DNA of 64,000 bases from contig OY781964.1 of NCBI GenBank assembly GCA_963677485.1, forward strand, positions 4,128,001 through 4,192,000, read 5' to 3'. Shown here piece after piece: positions 58,306 through 64,000 of the stretch. The notes under the pieces were generated by a model. That model did no database searches. It was not told the origin of the DNA and worked only from the letters and a program-made list of their open reading frames with translations. Both the position numbers and the translations under genes were made by a program. The first letter of the stretch is position 1. The number at the start of each line of letters is the position of its first letter. Source of the DNA: Armatimonadota bacterium. Lineage in GTDB: Bacteria > Armatimonadota > HRBIN16.

Positions 58306-59051
58306 GGTAAAACGGCGGTCGTCACCGGGTCAGCCCGGGGTATCGGCTACGGCATCGCGCTCAGGCTAGCCAAGGAAGGGGCGAACGTGGTCATCGCGGA
58401 CATTAATGCGGACCATGCGGCCGAATCGGCCCGCCAAATCGCTACCGAGACAGGCCGAAAGGCAATCGCCATCGCTTGCGATGTGACCGATCAGCAATCT
58501 GTGGTCACCATGATCACCAAAGCTGTGTCCGAACTGGGCAGCCTGGACATCATGGTCGCGAATGCGGGCGTCTGCCCGTTTGTGGAAATCATGGAGATGG
58601 ATGTCGAAACTTGGAAGAAGACGATTTACATCAACCTGACTGGCGCGTTCATCACCGCTCAGGCTGGCGCGAAGCAGATGGTGGCCCAGGGCAAAGGCGG
58701 TCGAATCATCTTCATCTCTTCGCTGGCTACCATAAGGGCTTCCAGTGCTCAGGCGGACTATGCGGCGTCGAAGTCGGGTGTGAAGATGCTGATGGCTACA
58801 ATGGCAACAGCGTTAGGCAAACAGGGCATCACCGTCAACGCCATCGCACCGGGTGTCATCTATACCGAAATGGGCGCGTTCCACTGGGATGTACCGGAAC
58901 ACAGGGCGGCCTTCGCGATAGAAAACCCGATCCCGCGGCTTGGGATGCCTTCGGACATCGCGAATGCGGCGGTGTTCCTGGCTCTGGACGAATCGGAATA
59001 CATCACCGGCAGCACCATCCGCGTGGACGGCGGCAGGGAGGCGATAGGGTA

Positions 59052-60095
59052 ATGAGAGCGAACCGTTCAGCATATGTGAAGTCACCGTGGCAATTTGAGC
59101 TGCGTGAGATGCCTGTGGGAAGTCCTGGCGTGGGCCAGATAGTGGTGCAGATCAAGGCCTGCGGTATCTGCGGCACCGATCTGCATACCGCAGACCGTAC
59201 CGCGTTGGACTGGCAAGCGTTCGGGCACGAGATGGCCGGTGTGGTGGTCGAAGTGGGCGAGGGCGTGAGCCGCTTTACGCTTGGCGACCGTGTGGCTCTC
59301 AACACAGCCGCTCCGTGCGGGAAGTGTCCGATCTGTCTACCCCAGCCCTACGGTAAAGGAAAACCGGAGCTTTGCCGAACACCCGTCTCGTATTGGGGCG
59401 GTCCGCAGATGGGTTTCGGCGAATATATCATCGCACCACATGAGAGTGCCGTTCTGATTCCCGATTCAATGCCATTCGACGTCGCCAGCATGGTGGAGCC
59501 GATGGGGGTCTCCATTGACATCGTGGAGACCGCGGATGTAGGCTGCGGCGACAATGTGCTGATCATTGGGGCCGGTCCGCTGGGGCTTGGTGCTATCACC
59601 GTGGCTAAGAACGCCGGAGCCCACTACATTGCCGTGGCCGCCAGATCGACATACACTGCTCGGGTCGAAGCCGCCCGCGCACTGGGAGCCGATGAGATCA
59701 TCGAGATCGACAAAACCCCGATCACTCAGGTGGATTTCGGGCCAAATCAGCCTGATAAGATCCTGGTCACCTCTCCGCCGCAGAGCATCTTGGATGCCAT
59801 CGCCATCGCCCCGTTTGGTGCGACCATTGCCTATATCGGGATTGCCTCAGGCCCGGGAGCCGTCATCTCATTTGATGCGGATGACTTCCACTACAGACGT
59901 CTCAGCCTCAAAGCGTCGTTCGCCTCGCCGGATATCCAATCGGCCAAGAGCTTGCGTATTTTGCAGGCTTACCCTGAGCTGGGACGTGAGCTGATATCGC
60001 ACCGCTTCAAGTTGGATGAGCTGGAGGCGATGATGAACCTGGCCCACACCGACAGGGGGCGGACGGTTAAGAAGATGGTGATGGTGAACGAATAG
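59052..60095 (+). CDS. Zn-dependent alcohol/sugar dehydrogenase (MDR family)
   Basis: CGICGTD, GHE, CGKCPIC...C, GAGPLG; TAATG coupling with the SDR stop; the ORF-track N-terminal extension is spurious. Confidence 0.9.
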   Translation: MRANRSAYVKSPWQFELREMPVGSPGVGQIVVQIKACGICGTDLHTADRTALDWQAFGHEMAGVVVEVGEGVSRFTLGDRVALNTAAPCGKCPICLPQPYGKGKPELCRTPVSYWGGPQMGFGEYIIAPHESAVLIPDSMPFDVASMVEPMGVSIDIVETADVGCGDNVLIIGAGPLGLGAITVAKNAGAHYIAVAARSTYTARVEAARALGADEIIEIDKTPITQVDFGPNQPDKILVTSPPQSILDAIAIAPFGATIAYIGIASGPGAVISFDADDFHYRRLSLKASFASPDIQSAKSLRILQAYPELGRELISHRFKLDELEAMMNLAHTDRGRTVKKMVMVNE

Positions 60096-60103
60096 GGCGC
60101 TTT

Positions 60104-60839
60104 GTGGCCTGCGATATACGCCGTCAGTCCCGTGTCGACGGGTTCCATCGCCCCAGGGGGCTCCATCACCCGTCGCTGATTAGGTGGCTGCCCGCGTCGC
60201 TTCGCTCCTGCGGGCGCTGGCGGAGGGTTCCCTGCGCCCGCTTGCGGGCTGAGACTGGGTAGACGCGCGGTGAGGGAACCCCGTTTTGGGACGCCAGTCC
60301 CGTGGGGTGACTAAACCCGCGGCAGCGTGGCTGGTAGCCTGCGATACACGCCGCCGGCATTTGTCGACGGGTTCCATCGCCCCAGGGGGCTTCATCACCC
60401 GTCGCTGATCAGATGGCTGCCTGCGTCGCTTCGCTCCAGCGGGCGCTGGCGGATGGCAAGTTGCGCCCGCTTGCGGGCTGCGAATGCCTAGACGCGCGGT
60501 GAGGGAACCCCGTTAGGGACGCCAGTCCCGTGGGGGTGACTAAACCCGCGGCAGCATGGCTGGTAGCCTGCGATCTACGCCGCCGGCATTTGTCGACGGG
60601 TTCCATCGCCCCAGGGGGGCTCCATCACCCGTCGCTGATCAGATGGCTGCCCGCGTCGCTTCGCTCCAGCGGGCGCAGGCGGATGGCCACCTGCGCCCGC
60701 TTGCGGGCTGAGACTGGGTAGACGCGCGGTGAGGGAACCCCGTTAGGGACGCCAGTCCCGTGGGGTGACTAAACCCGCGGTAGCGTGGCTGGTGGCCTTC
60801 GATCTACGCCGCCGGCCCCGTGTCGACGGATTCCATCGC
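60104..60839. repeat. Tandem array of a ~229-bp GC-rich structured unit (3 full copies plus a partial)
   Basis: TGTCGACGG.TTCCATCG anchors at 60133, 60362, 60591 and 60821 (periods 229, 229, 230). Confidence 0.92.
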
Positions 60840-60887
60840 TCATTCCGTTGTGTTAGGTGACTACATACAGTTACTGCCATACAGCAG

Positions 60888-60924
60888 AAAAACAAAACGC
60901 CCTGCCGTTGTGACGGCAGGGCGT
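60888..60924 (-). terminator. Rho-independent terminator of 60943..62706
   Basis: ACGCCCTGCCGT/ACGGCAGGGCGT stem followed by a T-rich tract on the minus strand. Confidence 0.8.
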
Positions 60925-60942
60925 GAGATTTCAGATCGATGC

Positions 60943-62706
60943 TTAGCGAACGGTGTTCGCGCCTGTCTGGCTGCTGCTCAGTTTGATCTGGGCATCCAGC
61001 GATTCGTCCATGTAATCCAAGGCCATGTAGGTATAACCCAGGTTGATGAATGGCCGGTTGTTGATCAGCATCTTCATCCCGTTGACTTCAACCATGTTGG
61101 CACCGGGCATGAACACTACGGAGTGCTTGCGGTCGTTGCTCACGGCGCAGACGGTGTTCTCTTTGGAGTACCACCACACCTTGCCATAACCATCGGCCTC
61201 AAAGGCGGCTCGGAAGGGCACATAGGCGGTTCCGTTGATCATCTTGACCATCACGTCAAAGGTGTCGTTGGACGCGGTGCTGTCCTCGCTGGTGTTGCGG
61301 GCGACTTGCATCGTCCTGACATGACTGCCCTTGGACACTTTGATGAATGACTTGGCTTCGGCAACCTTCACTTCGGCTTTTGGAGCGGTCTGCGCTTTTG
61401 CCACGACTGCCACCGGCTTGACGGCTACTGCTACGGGCTTGGGGGCAACCACAGCCGGCTTGGCTTCGACAACCTTAGCGACCACTGCCACCGGTTTGGC
61501 TACCACAGTCTGTGAGGTAGGCATACTGGGTGATGTGGAACGCACTGCGCCTTGTGCAGAGGCTTTGTCTGCCAACAGGCCAGGCACATTCAAAGCGCTT
61601 CCGGGCAATGCTGCGGTCATCAAACCATCAGACATCTGCTTGACTGCGGGTTTGACCTTCACAACTGCGGGTGCGACGACATTGACTGCCTTTTCAACAG
61701 CCGTAGCCACTGCAATCGCTTGTGATGGCTTTACCGAGTCAGGGGCGCTCATGCGTACTTGACCATCATAGCTGGTGCCCATGCTTAGCAGGCCGATACT
61801 GGGGTTGTTACTCACCGATATCGAAGGTATGCTGCTTGATCCGGGCTTGGGTGCAGCCACAGCCGACTTGATCACCGGTGCGGGTGATGCAGGGCGAATG
61901 ACTACGTTGGTGGGCATGATGCTGTTGAGAACACCCTCAGAACCGACTGGTGCAGGAAGGAAGCCCATCACGCTGGGTTCAGTTCCGGTGACCGGCGGGG
62001 TAGAGAGCATCGCACTGGAGGTAGACAGAAAGTCGTTGGTCATGGTGAAACCACCAGGGTTGTTCACCATCACGGTAATGGGGGCAGCCTTGTATACGTT
62101 CTGGCTGCTATCGACCAGCATCGCCTCAACCATATGTGAGCCGTTGCTGACGGTCGCTGTATCCCATGTGAACACATAGGGCGGCACATTCTTCAAGCTA
62201 CGGAACTTTTGGTCGATGTAGATGCTAACGTAGGGGTTTTTGACACCATCATTTACAGCCACATTGACTTCGACCTTACCTTGAACGTCTCCGTTTTGAG
62301 TGGGAGAGACGATGCGAATAGGCAATCCTACCACGCTGTCTCGATCCACAACTAAAAGCAGCTTGGAGGTGGTCAGGCGGCCATCAAGCTGGATGACGCG
62401 TATTTCTGCAGAGTGACGTCCTGGATTCAGATAGACGGGGTCAACCACGAAAGAGGCGACTCCTTTATCAACCGGCGTTTCTAAAACACGCTGAGCAAAC
62501 AGCTTACCTGCGATCCACAGTTCCACTCGTGAGACTGCGATGCCAGAATATTTCACAGATAGCTCAGACGCAGTAATGACTGGGCCAGAAAAGTCTTCGG
62601 CGTTGATGATTTTCATTTCCAGCGGATCTGCGGTGGCTGGTGTCATTAAGCAGGCACCGGTAGCCGCAATCAAACCGGCTGTCATGAGATACGATGCAAT
62701 CTTCAT
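60943..62706 (-). CDS. Secreted protein with bacterial Ig-like domains, P/A/V/K-rich linker and copper-amine-oxidase N-terminal-like domain
   Basis: Signal peptide; IVSP..G.V.G.V.V and PYVF.WDT...NG.H; C-terminal AYVPFRA.FE..G..V.W. Confidence 0.7.
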   Translation of the reverse strand: MKIASYLMTAGLIAATGACLMTPATADPLEMKIINAEDFSGPVITASELSVKYSGIAVSRVELWIAGKLFAQRVLETPVDKGVASFVVDPVYLNPGRHSAEIRVIQLDGRLTTSKLLLVVDRDSVVGLPIRIVSPTQNGDVQGKVEVNVAVNDGVKNPYVSIYIDQKFRSLKNVPPYVFTWDTATVSNGSHMVEAMLVDSSQNVYKAAPITVMVNNPGGFTMTNDFLSTSSAMLSTPPVTGTEPSVMGFLPAPVGSEGVLNSIMPTNVVIRPASPAPVIKSAVAAPKPGSSSIPSISVSNNPSIGLLSMGTSYDGQVRMSAPDSVKPSQAIAVATAVEKAVNVVAPAVVKVKPAVKQMSDGLMTAALPGSALNVPGLLADKASAQGAVRSTSPSMPTSQTVVAKPVAVVAKVVEAKPAVVAPKPVAVAVKPVAVVAKAQTAPKAEVKVAEAKSFIKVSKGSHVRTMQVARNTSEDSTASNDTFDVMVKMINGTAYVPFRAAFEADGYGKVWWYSKENTVCAVSNDRKHSVVFMPGANMVEVNGMKMLINNRPFINLGYTYMALDYMDESLDAQIKLSSSQTGANTVR

Positions 62707-62982
62707 GGTTATATCCCCATTTTATAGATAGCCAAGGCGATTCACACGCCTTCTTATTATAGATGTTATCAGATTCCATGAAAGAATCCTGCATTTTACG
62801 ACATATTTGTGCAAATTCGTGCCCACGGTTATACTTGTACTTAGGGAAATTCTATTTCCAATAGATTTTACGTCAGATTCAAGCTGGTAAATCCTGCTTT
62901 TAGGGTCTGATTCCATATTCATTGCCCACCTCAAGGCGATCGCCTGCGCAGGTGTTAGGCACATAGGAGGCCAACTTTTCCG

Positions 62983-64000
62983 TTGAAAAAAGAGATTATC
63001 GTAAATGTGGGTGCGCGTGAAACCCGTTTGGCATTGCTTGAAGATGGCAAGATCATGGAGTTGCACGTCGAACGTGAAGAGCGCATCGTAGGCAGCATCT
63101 ACAAGGGGCGCGTGGCAAATGTGCTTCCGGGTATGGATGCTGCTTTCGTTGATATAGGGTTGGACCGCAACGCCTTCCTTTACGTAGGTGACATCATACC
63201 GGAAGCCAGCGATGACGGCACCGCCCCCGCGTCGGTCCGACGTGCTGTACTGCGCAACCGTAATATCAAAGACATTCTGAAGGTGGGCCAGGAGATCCTG
63301 GTTCAGGTTACCAAAGGGCCGCGTGGCACCAAAGGCTCGCGAGTCAGCACCAAAATCAGTCTGCCCGGCCGATATGTGGTCGTGACCCCCGAGGGCGAGC
63401 ACCTGGGTGTGTCGCGAAAGATATCTGACTTCAAAGAACGCGACCGTCTGAAGAGACTCGGCCGCGACATCCGCCCCCAGGGATATGGCCTTATCATCCG
63501 TACCGAAGCGGAAGATAAACCCGATGAGATGCTGGTACAGGATATCGAGTGGCTTCAAGAACAGTGGACCGCGATCGCTGACCGCGCGAGCAAGCAAAAA
63601 GCTCCTGCGTGCGTACACCGCGACTATTCGCTTCTGTATAAAGCTGTAAGAGATATGTTCGGCAGTGATGTAGACAGACTGGTAATCGATGACCCCGATG
63701 AATATCAGAATGCGGTGGAGTTGGCGACCCGTTTTGCTCCCAAACTGAAACAAGACATCGTGCTGCACGATGGCGATGTGCCGATTTTCGATGCCTTCAA
63801 GCTGGAAGATGAGATCGACCGCCTGAGCCGAAGGCAGGTCTATCTGCGTTCGGGTGGATATCTGGTCATCGATGAGACTGAAGCGTTGTGTACTATTGAC
63901 GTTAACAGCGGCAAGTTTACCAGCGGAGCCAATCTTTCTGAGACGATCCTTCGCCTCAACCTGGAGGCCGCCGATGAAGTGGCACGACAGGTTCGGCTGC
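62983..64000 (+). CDS. rng: Ribonuclease E/G family (runs off right edge; absent from the ORF track)
   Basis: AGGAGG RBS, TTG start; MKKEIIVNV...ETRLALLEDG, GSIYKGRV.NVLPGMDAAFVDIG, QVTK.P.GTKG, IDVNSG. Confidence 0.93.
   Translation, partial: MKKEIIVNVGARETRLALLEDGKIMELHVEREERIVGSIYKGRVANVLPGMDAAFVDIGLDRNAFLYVGDIIPEASDDGTAPASVRRAVLRNRNIKDILKVGQEILVQVTKGPRGTKGSRVSTKISLPGRYVVVTPEGEHLGVSRKISDFKERDRLKRLGRDIRPQGYGLIIRTEAEDKPDEMLVQDIEWLQEQWTAIADRASKQKAPACVHRDYSLLYKAVRDMFGSDVDRLVIDDPDEYQNAVELATRFAPKLKQDIVLHDGDVPIFDAFKLEDEIDRLSRRQVYLRSGGYLVIDETEALCTIDVNSGKFTSGANLSETILRLNLEAADEVARQVRL

Larger units (their letters stand above)
56629..59052 (+). pseudogene. SDR family oxidoreductase interrupted after codon 7 by a 1.65-kb insertion
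   Basis: GGAGGA RBS then ATG AAC CCG CAA CCA TTA TTA (56629-56649) joins in frame to GGT AAA ACG GCG (58306), giving MNPQPLLGKTAVVTGSARGIG; NAG and YAASK motifs downstream. Confidence 0.88.

Noticed and set aside
58476-59051. 539-aa ORF suggesting an N-terminally extended dehydrogenase
   Set aside because: The extension is an off-frame reading of the SDR gene. The real start is ATG 59052.
60104-60839. CRISPR array, hammerhead ribozyme array or short repeated ORFs
   Set aside because: The unit is 229 bp with no unique spacers and no cas genes. The CTGATGA...GAAA hammerhead core is absent. ORFs differ in frame between copies.
62722-63768. 348-aa minus-strand ORF
   Set aside because: It is the antisense shadow of the RNase E/G gene on the plus strand.

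Overview
Bacterial chromosomal window, probably from an Armatimonadota-type organism. This is inferred from prepilin-like proteins (one with an H-X9-DG end), dockerin-like C-terminal domains and many secreted glycoside hydrolases. It opens with the end of a suf operon (sufS-sufU-sufT) and tRNA-Pro. A ~14 kb accessory tract follows: paralogous Zn-ribbon membrane genes (several broken by single in-frame stops), a Phd/RelE toxin-antitoxin pair between 65-bp direct repeats, two tandem RCC1-repeat/dockerin-like proteins, and a recurring palindromic repeat at module junctions. The middle is mostly housekeeping and regulatory: Lrp plus aminotransferase, Crp, ABC-2 permeases, uppS-dxr, two hybrid kinases, tRNA-Cys, surE, trpB2, ruvAB and hisG. 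The right part has glycoside hydrolases, a Znu-like metal ABC operon led by a dockerin-like protein and a pilin-like gene, and a sugar-oxidoreductase operon. The strongest novelty candidate is a 1.65-kb element without terminal inverted repeats. It is inserted at a TTA within the first codons of an SDR gene and encodes a 511-aa protein with no recognisable DDE or HUH motif, but with Rep_trans-like motifs and a winged HTH. One end carries a hairpin, and 9 nt beside it are complementary to the host sequence at the insertion site. Other notable items are a 3x ~229-bp highly structured tandem repeat and a 3-copy ~165-bp MITE/REPIN-like element. The window ends inside an RNase E/G gene. All calls were made by eye, without database searches.
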